NCBI GenBank assembly: GCA_964016885.1
Contig: OZ024752.1
Location: forward strand, 248,001 to 312,000
Source of the DNA: Eledone cirrhosa
Lineage: Eukaryota
Direction: 5' to 3'
DNA: 64,000 nt
The notes under the pieces were generated by a model. It saw only the letters and a list, made by a program, of their open reading frames with translations. It ran no database searches and had not been told where the DNA came from. Positions 11,891 to 26,504 of the stretch are shown here, one piece after another. Numbering within the stretch: position 1 is the stretch's first letter; each line of letters starts with the position of its first letter. The position numbers and the translations under genes were made by a program.

Positions 11891-12837
11891 GGATTATCTG
11901 GTTTGCTCTCCACTATTCTCTTAATGTAATGACTAACGTAGGTAAGAAGTTCTTAGATCTAATTGATAAATATGTTCCCCTCCTACAACACAGATACAGT
12001 AAAATATTCAATCGGATTTCCAAAAGATATCTTATTCCTGCGAGCCATCTACGAGATTAACAATTACAGCGACGTGAATCCAAGTTGTTATTGTGGTATT
12101 TAGGAGAAATTCTCCTTGCAACATAATGTAATATAAAATCTATCATATTTGAGGCAGAGATTACACATTCCATCACAGATAATTCTGAAGTTAGTTAAAA
12201 ATATGCTTTAAACAATGATTCTACTTGCATCACCACTCCTTTAGATACCCTATTCTGAGAACAAGCATGGCCCTGTCATAACGTGTCTGTCAATTAAATG
12301 ATAAAGGTGTCCCACATAAAATTACTTGGAAGATACTTGAGTGGTCCAGACCTTATACCAACGATACTGAGAAGTTATCTCTGCTTCAGTGAATAATTTA
12401 GTATCTTACACGGTTTGTCCTTTGTAAATAGATATCTGAACTCTAAGAATGAGATTTTTAAAGGATGCCTACACCTCAGAAGCCAATTGTTTTCAAATTG
12501 GAAAAACTCAATAAATTCATCAGATCTTCAACCACCTTAACATTATTTTCTATACTTTGTACACAACTATTTCTGTTTTCCACACTTACATGCCACCCAT
12601 CTCATACTCTTATACATCACGATTCCCACACTTAAATACAAATCTCTATAGTATATACCACTACATAGCACTTCATACCTCCTATATTGAACATGCCACC
12701 ACACTTAAATACAAACTTCTGTACAATATACATACATATCGAACACATAGACACAATCTGGGGAGATGGCCATAACTGGACTTTGAAACCTAAAGTAACC
12801 CTTTCTTGCTCTATGTAGGAACATAAATAAATGATTA
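11891..12837 (+). pseudogene. Degenerate Penelope-like element 3' part (post-RT linker, GIY-YIG C-terminus, 3' UTR)
   Basis: Frameshifted peptides IIWFALHYSLNVMTNVGKKFLDLIDKY, KIFNR, KISYSC, KITWKILEWSRPYT and LNSKNEIFKGCLH match PLE motifs (IIWFNPPYS.NV.TNIG..FL.LID; I.W.IL....PY; LNKR.E....C.H). Decayed HHR-like ctgggga...GAAA-cctaaag-TA at 12758-12797. Confidence 0.75.
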
Positions 12838-12862
12838 ACACACACACACACACATATATATA

Positions 12863-13062
12863 TAACGAAGGAAGTGTAGTAAGGAACCAGGTGGACCATA
12901 ACCCACCAGAGTACTCGATACTTTGGGTAGTAGAGTGGGTAATAGGAAAAGAGTCAGGACCCCGACGACAGAGCCCAAGCCGTTTCGACGGCTATTTCTG
13001 GTCCAGAAATAGCCGTCGAAACGGCTTGAACTCTGCCGTCGGGGTCCTGACTATTTTCCTAT
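12863..13062. mobile_element. Half-hammerhead fold-back element, family P copy 2
   Basis: Same tail and inverted arms as 7076-7280, centred on ctggtccag at ~13000. Confidence 0.85.
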
Positions 13063-13264
13063 ATATATATATATATATTTATATAGACGTAGAACACTGG
13101 AAGGTAATATCCGTAGTGGTAGAACACTCAGTTCATGGGACAAGTTTGGTAGAAGTACTAACAACAGTTAGTTCACCATATGGTGAACTAACTGTTGTGT
13201 CTAGGACATTAACAACACTTATGTATCTACCTGAATGTTCTGAAGACTAGGATTTTAATCACCT

Positions 13265-13311
<47 letters not shown>

Positions 13312-13351
13312 AAGTGTTAAAACAATCAAATCTTAGTTTAATACATTTATT

Positions 13352-13398
13352 TGCTGACAATTGTTTCTTCCAGAGGGATGTCTGGAATCATCGGAGCA
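13352..13398 (-). ncRNA. Type I hammerhead motif (core U>C)
   Basis: tgct-CCGATGA-ttccaga(catccc)tctggaa-GAAA-caattg-TC-agca. Lies within an insertion with inverted segments 13212-13268 and 13410-13468. Confidence 0.7.
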
Positions 13399-13748
13399 TA
13401 GGCAATGTCTAAACGGGTGATTAAAATCCTAGTCTTTAGAACATTCAGGTAGATACATAAGTGTTGTTAGTGTATAAGTACAAGTATATATATACTTGAG
13501 TGGGCCATGGTGTCCAAATCCTGATATGAAAAACTTCGCCAGGTGGTGCTATTAAGTTAGACATGACCTGGGTCAATACTGGCCGAAAACTATCAAAGTA
13601 TATATAAGTAGATTATACAGTAGTTATTTTGTTGAATATTGGGAGGTGGCATCAATATGATGTTTTGTTATGTCAACAAGTAAAAATAAAATAGTCTTAA
13701 CGTGTGTGTGTGTGTGTGTGTGTAAATATATCTATCTATCTATCTATC

Positions 13749-15416
<1,668 letters not shown>

Positions 15417-15748
15417 CGCGTGTGCGTGCGTGCGTGCGTGCGTAGCCTCATACAAGAATTTAAGGTTGGACAGTGAAATGTACGTTCCATAAATTAAGAT
15501 TGAAAAATAGATCAACTTACATAACATTTTTTCGTCTTTTTTGACAAATATGATTTAGACATTTTTGCCTTTACTGAAACAAGGTTAATCGGATTTGACA
15601 GGTCACACTGGAAGATGAAAACAAAAAAAAATACTTATCCACTTATGAAGAGATGAACGACACGATCAAGGAGTGGAATTACTAATGAATGAGTAAACGA
15701 GGTGCTGAAGTACTTAGTTAATGTGGCAACTAATTGATGAGAGGATTT

Positions 15749-15940
15749 TGTATACCAGTCTCAACTATACACATAGATGTATTAGTATATCTGTATGTCA
15801 GTCTCAACTGTACACATAGATATGTTAGTATATTTGTATACCAGTCTCAACTGTACACATAGATGTGTTAGTATATTTGTGTGCTAGTCCCAGCTCTAAT
15901 AGATATGCTCTACACAACCTGATATGTTAGTATATTTATA
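15749..15940. repeat. 43-bp minisatellite
   Basis: tgtataccagtctcaactgtacacatagatgtgttagtatatt in about 4 decaying copies. Confidence 0.8.
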
Positions 15941-16667
15941 TGCTATACAATATGAATTGTTTAGCAAGCTTCAAGAGTCAGTGGGAAAGATATGAAAACT
16001 TGATTTATCATTGTGTATAGGAGATTTTAGGCGACGAATTTGCAGAGTCGTTAGAAGGTCGAATAGATTACTTTGCGATATTCGTTCAAATCCCGCCGAG
16101 GTCAACTTTGCCTTTCATCATTTCAAGGTCGATCAAATGTACCAGCCCAGTACTGGAGTTGATTTCTGACTTTCTTTCTATCGCACTTTCTCTCTCTATC
16201 TCTGAACTGATACATTTAATCAACCTTGAATGGATGAAAGTTGATCTCAGCAGGATTTGAACTGAGCAAAGAGAGCCAGAACGAATACCACAGCGCAAAA
16301 CATTCTACCCGACGTTCTAACGCCTCTGTCTATTCGCCATCTACTCTAAAACAATTAAATAATTATAAAGTACAAGGTAGGAGCAGAATTACACTCGAGA
16401 TTGTAAAAGCGGAACGATTCATAACGCTAATTGTGCTCGAGAAGGCTTTTCCCACAGGATGGGAAAGAAGGAATTATATTAAAATATGCCATAAGAGAGA
16501 CATACGATATTGTAAGACTGATTGACTGGAAAGATATTAGACCGTCACCCCGTATAAAGATGTGTTTAGTAATTTTGAGCATAATTGAACCCATTGTTGA
16601 CAACATACTGAAGGAGGTATAAACAAGCTTTTCGCTTTCTTTTCCTTCACCTGATATATATATATAT

Positions 16668-17043
16668 ATGATGGTGGATGGGTGCTACACGAGAATGCTG
16701 AGGATGGCTCTGAACATTAATCAGTATACACTGAGGATGAAAAACTCAGAGCTGTATGGGAGCATCCAAAAAGTCAGCTCAAAAGTGACACAGAGAAGAC
16801 TGAGGTTAGCTGGACATGCTCACCGACATCCAGAGTTGACATTGCACTCAGTGCTCCTTTGGGAGCCCCTACATGGACACACTAGAAGAGGAAGACCAAG
16901 GTTAACGTATGTTGATGCCCTAAGGACAGACACTGGTCTGTTGGAGACGCAGGACATGGCAGCGATAATGAGGGACAGAGACCGCTGGAGAGAACTCGTC
17001 CATGGATCTCGGGAATTTTACCCGCCTTAGAATAGAAGAAAAA

Positions 17044-17052
<9 letters not shown>
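16668..17052 (+). mobile_element. 5'-truncated RTE-type LINE 3' end
   Basis: DGCYTRMLRMALNI...ELYG...RRLRLAGHAHRHPE...VLLWEP.HG...RGRPRLTYVD.L..DTGL, then a stop, short tail and A-run; flanked by (TA)n. Confidence 0.85.
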
Positions 17053-17080
<28 letters not shown>

Positions 17081-17082
<2 letters not shown>

Positions 17083-17133
17083 TGCTATCCTGATGATTTC
17101 CTTCGAATGAAACAGTTCTAGTCCTGTAGAAGC
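17081..17133 (+). ncRNA. Type I hammerhead motif
   Basis: gctatc-CTGATGA-tttccttcgaat-GAA-ACAG(ttctagtc)CTGT-A-gaagc. Same family as 60179-60226. Confidence 0.65.
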
Positions 17134-17311
17134 CATTTCTATATTAAATATATATATGTATAATATAATATAATATAATATAATATAATATATAATATAA
17201 TTGTTTCTACTTTTGGCACAAGGCCAGCAATTACCCAGTACATTACTGGTACTTTATTTTATCGACCCCGTAAGGATGAAAGGCAAAGTATATTATATTA
17301 TATTGTATTAT

Positions 17312-17712
17312 ATTATTTACTTATGCTCATACACGGATCAAAGGCGCTACCCAAGGTTTCAAGGTCCAAATAATGGCCACACTTCCAGAAAACAAGAGAC
17401 ATCAAAATAGTGACTGTTCTTCAGGCGTTATTACGAGTTGAAACCTTGCGTAGCGCCTTTGTTCTGTGTATGAACATAAATAAATAATATTTCTGCTCTC
17501 TTCCCGACTGAGCATTGTTTTCACATCAACGGATATTGCTACACATACATACATGAGGACTGCAGCGTCTTCACAGACGATTGCCGTCTCTTATTTGTCA
17601 TCCCATCCGCGTCCATGACTTTGTAGATGACTTTGTAGACCAGCTGTAGATCTGCATGGTTTACGACACAGCTGACAGAAGAGAGTTGTGCTTTCCACAG
17701 GACCGGTGGGAT

Positions 17713-17715
<3 letters not shown>
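17312..17715. mobile_element. Penelope-like 3' end with partial inversion and minus-strand HHR (17345-17427)
   Basis: Inverted arms 17312-17362 and 17438-17490. Minus strand reads cgc-CTGAAGA-[57 nt]-GAAA-ccttggg-TA-gcg. Tail gaacataaataaat is shared with the PLE remnant at 12820. Confidence 0.65.
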
Positions 17716-17744
<29 letters not shown>

Positions 17745-17946
17745 AAGTTATATTTAAAATTGTTGGGTTACAACTAGTAAATATTTATAACTGATATAAA
17801 AGCACTCGACAAATATTTGGAGTATATTTACAATATTAAATAAATGGAAAACTATAGCAGTCGACTGCTAGAGTGAACCTCTTCAAATGAAGTTGATGTT
17901 TATTACGGTATGTCGAATATATTTATCTATAAAACTGTTTATATTG

Positions 17947-18012
17947 TATTTTGTCTGATGAAGGCATAGCATATTGTTAATATGATATCCCCGAAATATA
18001 TATAATGAAATA
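17947..18012 (+). ncRNA. Type I hammerhead motif
   Basis: tattttgt-CTGATGA-aggcatagcatatt(gtt)aatatgatatcccc-GAAA-tatata-TA-atgaaata. Part of an inverted element at 17740-18053 related to positions 1-145. Confidence 0.7.
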
Positions 18013-18045
18013 AATATGGTTTTATAAATATAGTTTTCCATTTAT

Positions 18046-18085
<40 letters not shown>

Positions 18086-19267
18086 CACACACTCACACAC
18101 ACACACATACATCCATACATGCAGCTAGATGCATAAGGGAAAGAGAATAAGGAAACTTCTGTAATGTAACTTCTGTAATTATATATCTTGAGTCGTTCTA
18201 GCATGTTAAAAAAAACTCTCAGCTTTCGGAATCAGTGACGCAGTTTCGATCCCTGTTTCTAACTATTTCACTTCACTGACGTCACTACTAATCTTAGTAC
18301 CTTGTATATCTTTGGTGTGAACGACACAACAGCCATATTCCACCTTACTTTCACTCTTTCAATGAGGTCGCTGTTTACCAACTACTGTTTCATTGTTTTA
18401 GCACACACACACACACATTTTCACACACACTCAGATATACATACACAAATATACCCCCTCCCCCACACAAACACATACATATAAGTACACGCACACACAT
18501 ACATATATATATATAGACACACACATTCTCTCTCACGCCCTACCCTCTTTATCTCTCTCTCTTTCACTATATAAAATGAATCTAAATATAAATCAGAGTG
18601 ACACAGTTGAAATAAATATACAGATAGATGGTTAGTTTATTTATTTATTTAAAACGCTACCTTCTCTTACTCTCTCTCTCTCTCACTCACTCTTTCTTTC
18701 TTTCTCTCCCTCTCTCTCTCTCACACTCTCTATCTATCTTTTCTCTTTTATCCACACTCACACTCAAGTATGTATCTATAAATGCATGTATGTATGTTTC
18801 TATGTATACATTTGTGCATGTATGTATGTATGTATGTATGTATGTATGTATGTATGTATGTATGTATGTATGTATGTATGTATGTATGTATGTGTGTATG
18901 TATGTATGTATGTGTGTATGTATGTGTGTATATATGTATGTATGTATACGTGTGTGTATACTCTTTTAGTCTTTTACATGTTCCAGCCGACTGCTGAGGC
19001 TCCATTTTATGCATGTATGTATGTGTATTTGTGTATGTATGCATATTTGTGTGTGTGTGTGTGTGTGTGTATAGTATGTATGCATGTATGTAAGTATGCG
19101 TGTGTGTATGTATGTATGCGTGTGTGTATGTATGCATGTATGTATGTATGCGTGTATGCGTGTGTGCGTGTGTGTGTGTGTGTGTGTACGCGCGTTTGTT
19201 TATTAAATGTCAATTATATCAGTTCTCTCGACACCAACCACGAAGAGTACCTCATCATACTTCTGGC

Positions 19268-19857
19268 AACATATCCACTACACATCATACCATTATCTTT
19301 ACCAAACCCCATCAACATAACCTCTACACATCATACCAATATCTTTACCAAACCCCATCAACATATCCACTACACATCATACCATTATCTTTACCAAACC
19401 CCATCAACATATCCTCTACACATCATACCATTATCTTTACCAAACCCCATCAACACATCCACTACACATCATACCATTATCTTTACCAAACCCCATCAAC
19501 ATATCCTCTACACATCATACCAATATCTTTACCAAACCCCATCAACATATCCTCTACACATCATACCAATATCTTTACCAAAACCCATCAACATATCCAC
19601 TACACATCATACCAATATCTTTACCAAACCACATCAACATAACCTCTACACATCATACCAATATCTTTACCAAACCACATCAACATAACCTCTACACATC
19701 ATACCAATATCTTTACCAAACCACATCAACATAACCTCTACACATCATACCAATATCTTTACCAAACCACATCAACATAACCTCTACACATCATACCAAA
19801 CCACATCAACATAACCTCTACACATCATACCAACATCTTTACCAAACTACATCAACC
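19268..19857. repeat. 46-bp minisatellite (~12 copies)
   Basis: caacatatcctctacacatcataccaatatctttaccaaaccccat in tandem. Confidence 0.95.
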
Positions 19858-19904
19858 ATCGTTCTAACAAAAAAACACAAACTCCCAAAGGTACAAACGT
19901 AAAC

Positions 19905-20880
19905 CATGGTTTATATTAAAGACATTATAGAACTGCACACATCTTAGAGGCAGGTGCCATAACCCAGTGTTTGATATTCTCTGAGTGAGAAATATTTGTA
20001 ACGACTATTTTTACTGTTTTTTTTTTAAATTATAAACATTTGTTACATCGATTTCATTGATGTCAGTGGTTGATGCTACAGAATGATCTTACAAAATACA
20101 TGTGGTGGAACTCACAAAGTTGGCTTTAAAACCATTGATAATTATATAAATATGAAAAAGAAAGATAAAAACAAAATTAAGTAATGAGAAAAAGGGAAAG
20201 GAGTAAAGAAGGGCAGATCTCACTGTATGGGAAAGTAGAAGAAACAATTATAAATGCCAAAAATGAGAGGAAAAGGAGAGAAAAAACAAGGACTCTTTGG
20301 CCACAGAAGAAAGGGAGAGTGAAGAAGAAAGGATGATGGGCTCTGGGCCTAGAGCAAGGCGTTGTGTGGGTTGCGCCTCGCGGACAAAGCTGCAAAGGCA
20401 TTTCCCCGGATAATGGCCAGTGATACCCACTGCAACAGCCACCCCACCTCGCCAGACTCCTTCCTGAGATGTGCTGCTGAGGTTCCGAGTTTGCGAAGGA
20501 AATCGGCAATACGGGGTCCGAGGACGTCTGAGGTCTCGACGGTGACCAATGCGAAGTGGGAGCGGCCGGAGAAGCTTCGGTATTTGTTTGTCTTCCCCTC
20601 CTTTTCATTACGTGCCGGAGAAGGTCTCACAACATGTGACGTCACAGATGAGGGACTTACCTCCTTCGAATAGGAAGAGGGTAATTTCGTCGGGGTGCTT
20701 GCCAACTTCGCCGTCGAGGCCTGCTGGCTCCAGTTGTGATGGGAAGCCAGCTGCATCCCAGTTTTAAGTGTTTACCATCATTTACTATGTAAACACATGT
20801 ATTTGACACAAATATAAACTTACTGCACACAATTAGATTTAGAAGTGTACAATATTAGATTTAGAAGTGTAGAATTAGGA
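19905..20880. repeat. Dispersed AT-rich repeat interrupted by a CRE fragment
   Basis: Segments tagaactgcacac...cagtgtttgatatt and gtatttgacacaaa...aaacttactgcac recur at 22010-22390 and 26100-26200, and contiguously at 56670-56870. Confidence 0.65.
20180..20760 (-). mobile_element. CRE-type non-LTR retrotransposon 3' fragment (restriction-like endonuclease)
   Basis: KTNKYRSF...FALVTVETSDVLGP..ADFLRKLG...WLLQWVSLAIIRGNA matches the K..KY/F.P.AVET.G/LFQRLS.AIQRGNA signature. Similar 3' UTR at ~25005-25060. Confidence 0.75.
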
Positions 20881-21782
20881 GTGAACCGCATGAAAAATAA
20901 TCTCTGTCGTAAACGAAAAAGACAAAGAAGAAGAAGAAAAAAAGAGAGAACGAATCAAACACGAAGAATGTCTTTTTAGTTTATCCCCTGAGTGAAAGTG
21001 TGACGTCATAAAACATAGAACTAAAGTGTGTTGTCGTTGATAGCAGGAATTGCTCAGATGAACAAACTATCAAATGATCACAGACGACATTTAAAGATGT
21101 TTACATCAAGTAGAATATAGACATTTACTTACAAACACAACTATATACATATAATAATATTTCTACTTTTGGCACAAGGCCAGCAATTACCTCAGTGTAT
21201 TACTGGTGACTATACATATAATAATGTTTCTACTTTTGGCATAAGGCCAGCAATTATCCCAGTGCATTACTGGTACTTTATTTTATCGACCCTGTAAGGA
21301 TAAAAGGCAAAGTTAACCTCGGCGGGATTTGAACTCAGACCGTAAACGGCCGTAACTCTATGCTGCAAAGCATGGTGTCCGACTCTCTACTGATACTGCC
21401 AATCCACTGCCCTATACACATATAATTGTTTCTACTTTTGGCACAAGGCCAGCAATTTCCCCAATGTATTACAGGTACTTTATTTTATCGACCCTGTAAG
21501 GATGAAAGACAAAGTTGACTTCGGCGGGATTTGAACTCAGACCATAAAGGGGCGTAACTCTATGCTGCAAAGCATGGCGCCCGACCCACTACCAATACTG
21601 CCAATCCACCACCCTATACATATATAATGCTGTGTCATTTTCATTGTTTTTATTACTTTTTTCTTGCATTATATACATTTTCTTGTTTTTTTTGGTTCCT
21701 TTCTTTCAATATCCTTTCTTTTATTCCTGCCTTTCTAGTTTTCTTGACCATTGTTTTTTTCATTTGATGTAAACAAGACGTA

Positions 21783-21976
21783 CTTTCGGGTCTCAAATAA
21801 TAGGGAGGAATAAGCGTGGGGTTGGAAAATCGGTAATTTTTCTAGGTTGACTTCGTTGATTATTTTTTAAAACCAAAATTTCGCTGGAGATAGATTAGCA
21901 AACTTTAATAATCAGAAGGAGGGCGGTCTGAAATATTAATTAGAGTGGGGTCGGTCGATTATTTGAGACCTCAGAG
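21783..21976. mobile_element. TA-flanked MITE (Tc1/mariner superfamily-like)
   Basis: TIRs ctttcgggtctcaaataat and attatttgagacctcagag, with TA on both sides. Confidence 0.7.
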
Positions 21977-24900
21977 TACTTCATTGATATAAACGTACTA
22001 CACAGTGTTTATTTTAAGTAAATTTTAGAACTACCAAATATTTGAGGCAGGAACCATGACAGTGTTTGATATTTTCTGAGTATGAGGAGCATGTGTAAAG
22101 TCTATTTTTCAGAAACATTTTAAGGGTGTTTCAATGTTTTTTAACCATTAAAAAAAAAAAACAGCAGGAAGACACCTAGTATTCATGACCTACGTGGGCC
22201 CGGCTCCCTTAGAGTTTTAGGAAGAATCCAGGGCCAAAACACTTGCTTGGTGTGAGTTCTTCCTGTGAAGAAGAAGAATTTCTGCCTACACATAAGCACG
22301 TGTAGTATTTGACACAAAATGTAAACTTACTGCACAAAATTAAATTTAGAACTGAACACAATTAAATTTGCAGGTGTTAATTGCAAACCTGCCAACCTCT
22401 AAAGAACCAAAAGGGGAGTACCATGAAAAAAAGTGCCCCCAGACAGGAAGAAATGAGGCAAAAAGGGGAGATTTTATATAATGAAAACTATACCCATTTT
22501 CACAAGAGAAGACATCTCTCACCCACCCCAAAGTGGGTGGGAGATCTCTCTGTCCGACGGGGAGAGTTGACAGGTCTGCAATTACATGTTAAAATTATCA
22601 CTGGTTCTGTGCATTTCTTACATTAACACATCTTAGAAAAGCTAAGAAGAGTATCATTGAAAAAGACAATCTAACACTATAAAGGTTTAAGGTTAGGTTT
22701 TATAGTTAGCCATTAGGGTTAGTTCAGAGTTTAGATTACACGTTTCTGTTGGTCATTAATCAGATAATGGTAGAATTGTTAGAGTGTCGGAACCAACGCT
22801 TTGAAGTATTTCTTCCGATTCTTTACATTCTGAGTTCAAATCCCATCGAGGTCAACTTTGCTTTTCATCATTCGGGGATCGATAAAATACAATAACAACC
22901 ATGTGGTGTGGTTGATTTAATCATCTTATCTCTTCTCCTAAATTGCAGGCCTTATGCTTAAATTAGAAATTATTAAACAGTTAATGAGAAACGACGTCCA
23001 TTAAGTGCTTAGACTCATTCAAACTTGCGAGGTCGATGCAATTGATGTTCGGTTTTAATTTTTACAGGAATTGCATCTCTGCTGATTTTGATTCTGTGGG
23101 GAAACAAAATAAACAGAAATTGAATTCCTCAAGTTTACAGCCATTGGTTTATAGAATAATTGGATAGAGTATTTAATGATGGAACTGGAAAGAAGATTCA
23201 GTAGGAACGGCGTGTGGTGGAAAAGGGAAGTATCGTGCGGAGTTGGACAGAGGTGGAAAACAGCTTGCTAGTTCAGGAGAGATAAAGCTGTCGTGGTATT
23301 GATAGAAGAATCAGGGAGAAGAAACAGCTACCTTTGATCTAGTGGTCATAGTGTGTTAGTGGTGTGTGATTGAAGGATATTCATTTGGATATGATCTAGG
23401 ATGTTTGTGTGTTTGTATGTGTAACGACCGTAGCAAATACGTGAACAGAATTATAATGAGGAACTTAGGTTTATAAAGGGTCGACAAAAATATTTCCTGA
23501 AGTGAAAGGCTAAGCTTTAGGATGCTTACAGATATTTCACAGCTGTTATCGGGCCTTAAAGAACGTCTATTATTTCATGGTTTACAGCATAGAGTTGCGG
23601 CCCTTTATGATCCGAGTTCAAATCCCGCCATGGTTAACTTTGCCTTTCATCCTTACGGGGTCGATAAAATAAAGTACCAGTAATACACTGAGATAATTGC
23701 TGGCCTTGTGCCAAAAGTAGAAACAATTATTTCAGATACTATCGATCTAAGTGACAAGGCAGCCAAGAATTCCCAGGAAGGATGAATGTGATTATATATA
23801 ATATCGGTAGGGGGTCGGACGCCATGCTTTGCAGCATAGAGTTACGGCGCTTTGAGTTCAAATCTCGCCGAGGTTAACTTTACCTTTCATCCTTACGGGA
23901 TTGATAAAATAAAGCACCAGTAATGCGCTGGATAATTGCTGGCCTTGTGTCAAAAGTAGAAACAATTATGTATAAAATTTGTTTTTATTAGTCAATACGG
24001 GTCACAATTGAGAATTGCTAGATATTGTAACGATTACTCACTAGCAGCTATTCTGACACCAAAGATAAGAGTTCTTTCTCTTGCTTTCATTAGAATTCCA
24101 GTAGTATTTAATGTCGTATAAAACGTTCGTGATTGTTTGTGAGACATTTAGTTTGAAGGGAAGGTCAAATAGGTTATTTTAGTCCAAATCCTGGGAAGAA
24201 ATGGCTGACCGTAGTGTCTGGTGTAGGACCTGGACGGGGGGGGGGGATGCGCAACAGAACAAAGGGGGTGATGAGAAGTGAGAGCTAAAGTGAATATGAC
24301 ACAAGACTAGCCAGCTTCAATGAGCAGGAGCTAGTTATGTAGTGGTAGAAAATGCAGAAAGAGGAGACGGCACATTTGTAGATCAGAGGCTGCAGTGTAT
24401 CTGTTAAGTGGCCTTTTTCTGAATGCTGTCTAGAATGTCCTTTTCATTACCCTCAGAGCTAATCCCTACTCAAATCAAATCAAACTCTTCAATCTGTATC
24501 GATCACTATCATTCTCCCAAGGATTTACCCTGATTTTAGGAAAGTACTACCTCTCTAATCCCTACCAACTATCGACCTATCGTTCTCACTTGGAACATTT
24601 CAGTCTTAAACTTCCAACAAGAATTTGAGCCCCTCTCCCTCCGCAACGGCCACCAATACAGCTTACATTGGGCCCGTCGTCAGGAGAGGAGGGAGGCACG
24701 GGCTGGAACTACCGTCTTACGTTTCAATAACGCACATTTAGATTTGTAAAACATAGGGTGATATGCTTATTCTGGAACTACGCCTTAGAATTATTGTGAA
24801 TTAGGGTGTCCACTCAGAATGTTCGGAAGTCCCCAGGAGCACCAAAACCTGGTGACGGGCCTGGTTCCAAATATAATAGATCATCCAGGGTCACATCATC

Positions 24901-25306
24901 CTTATATATCATTTTCTTTTTAAGATAGTAGGGTGTGATTTTTTTTTTAATAATAAAGAATTTTATATTTAGTCAAACATACAGAAAAAGGAAGCATTGG
25001 AAAGGATTATAAATGCCATAAATGAAAGGCAAAGGGGAGAAATGTAAGGGCTATGGGGCTTGGTTTGGTCATTGTTTCCAGCTAGTTGAGAAACGCATAA
25101 AGGTTTTATAAAAACACAGCTTATATGATAGAAACTAAACGAGAACAGTCTCATTTCCTTCTTTCTAGATACTACGAAGAGGGTAGAGGAAGTGTGTACA
25201 TATATATATTCCAATTAATACTGACATTGTCTGAGTAAGCTATATAGTAACCAAACAACCCACTCCTCTGGTACTTTCACACTAGTCAGTCTATTAGTAG
25301 AATGTA

Positions 25307-25403
25307 CATGTCACTGAAGAAGTAAACAGATTGCATCGACACTAACAACTTCTTAGTTGTAGTGGTCTGAGTTGGTTCTTCACTGAAAGACGACTCTGAT
25401 ATG
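25307..25403 (+). ncRNA. Type I hammerhead motif with long stem II
   Basis: catgtca-CTGAAGA-agt[..]act-GAAA-gacgac-TC-tgatatg; stem I is 7 bp with one G-U pair. Confidence 0.6.
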
Positions 25404-25419
25404 AGTCACTTATCCGTCG

Positions 25420-25452
<33 letters not shown>

Positions 25453-25637
25453 CTTTCTCTCACTCATTCTCTCTCATTACCTTTCATTTTCTCTCGCTCT
25501 CCTCTCAAGAGGTTTCTGGTCAGTGTGTTTGAAATGTATGTCTGTATGTATATGTGTGTTTGTGTGTGTGTGTGTATGTTTGCCTGTGTCAGTGTGTATA
25601 TATGTAATGTATGTCTATTTATATATCTATAAATCTA

Positions 25638-25683
<46 letters not shown>

Positions 25684-25686
<3 letters not shown>

Positions 25687-25990
25687 TTGCGAGGTTTTTT
25701 ATATGAAATCGTGTGTCGAAACAGATATTGTTATATTTGGGGAGGGTCATATTTGCGTAATATTGCCAGAATTAATAACAGAACACACTCACTGTTTGGT
25801 TGGTTTTCGCTTCTCGCTGTCTTTTATATATATATATCTGCGATCTAACTTATATATATATATCTGCGATCTAACTTAGATCGCAGATATATATATATAA
25901 AAGACAGCGAGAAGCGAAAACCAACCAAACAGTGAGTGTGTTCTGTTATTAATTCTGGCAATATTACGCAAATATGACCCTCCCCAAATA

Positions 25991-25994
<4 letters not shown>
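25684..25994. mobile_element. Fold-back insertion in (TA)n
   Basis: Arms ~25729-25875 and 25877-25994 around tgcgatctaa-c-ttagatcgca; the tail is related to 43253-43600. Confidence 0.8.
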
Positions 25995-26031
<37 letters not shown>

Positions 26032-26341
26032 GGGGGGGGGGGCAGGATATACCTTTGTCGCATTTAGTCACGTACCTGGCTGGTGACAAGCCCTTCTGTT
26101 AGTATTTGGCACAAAATGTAAACTTACTGCGTAAAATTAGATTGAGAACTACACAAAATTAAATTTAAAATTGCACAAGCAGGTGTCAAATACACGTTAA
26201 AATAATAAGTGTCTTCCATTCATGCCCACCACTATAATGTCTAATCACTGGAATGGCACACTACACACTTCCACCATTCCTTTTTTTTCCTTAGAAAGGA
26301 AAATCTCTGGAATTCCTTTCCAGCCTAGGTTTTCGTTAGAG

Positions 26342-26504
26342 CAATGGTTCCCAAAGTGGGTTCCGCAAAAAGATGTCTTTGGTTCCCTGACGGTAGAGGA
26401 GTATATTTATATTACGACCATATAACAGTATTAGACTTTGGGGTTCCCACAAATGTTTCTGAACCAAAAAGGGTTCCGCTTTTCAAAAGGTTTGGGAAAC
26501 CATG
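26342..26504. mobile_element. hAT/Charlie-like MITE
   Basis: TIRs caatggttcccaaa and tttgggaaaccatg, with degenerate 8-bp flanks cgttagag and ccttaaag. Confidence 0.6.

Noticed and set aside
18786-19688. 300-aa ORF with repeats
   Set aside because: It is a read-through of (TATG)n and the 46-bp minisatellite.
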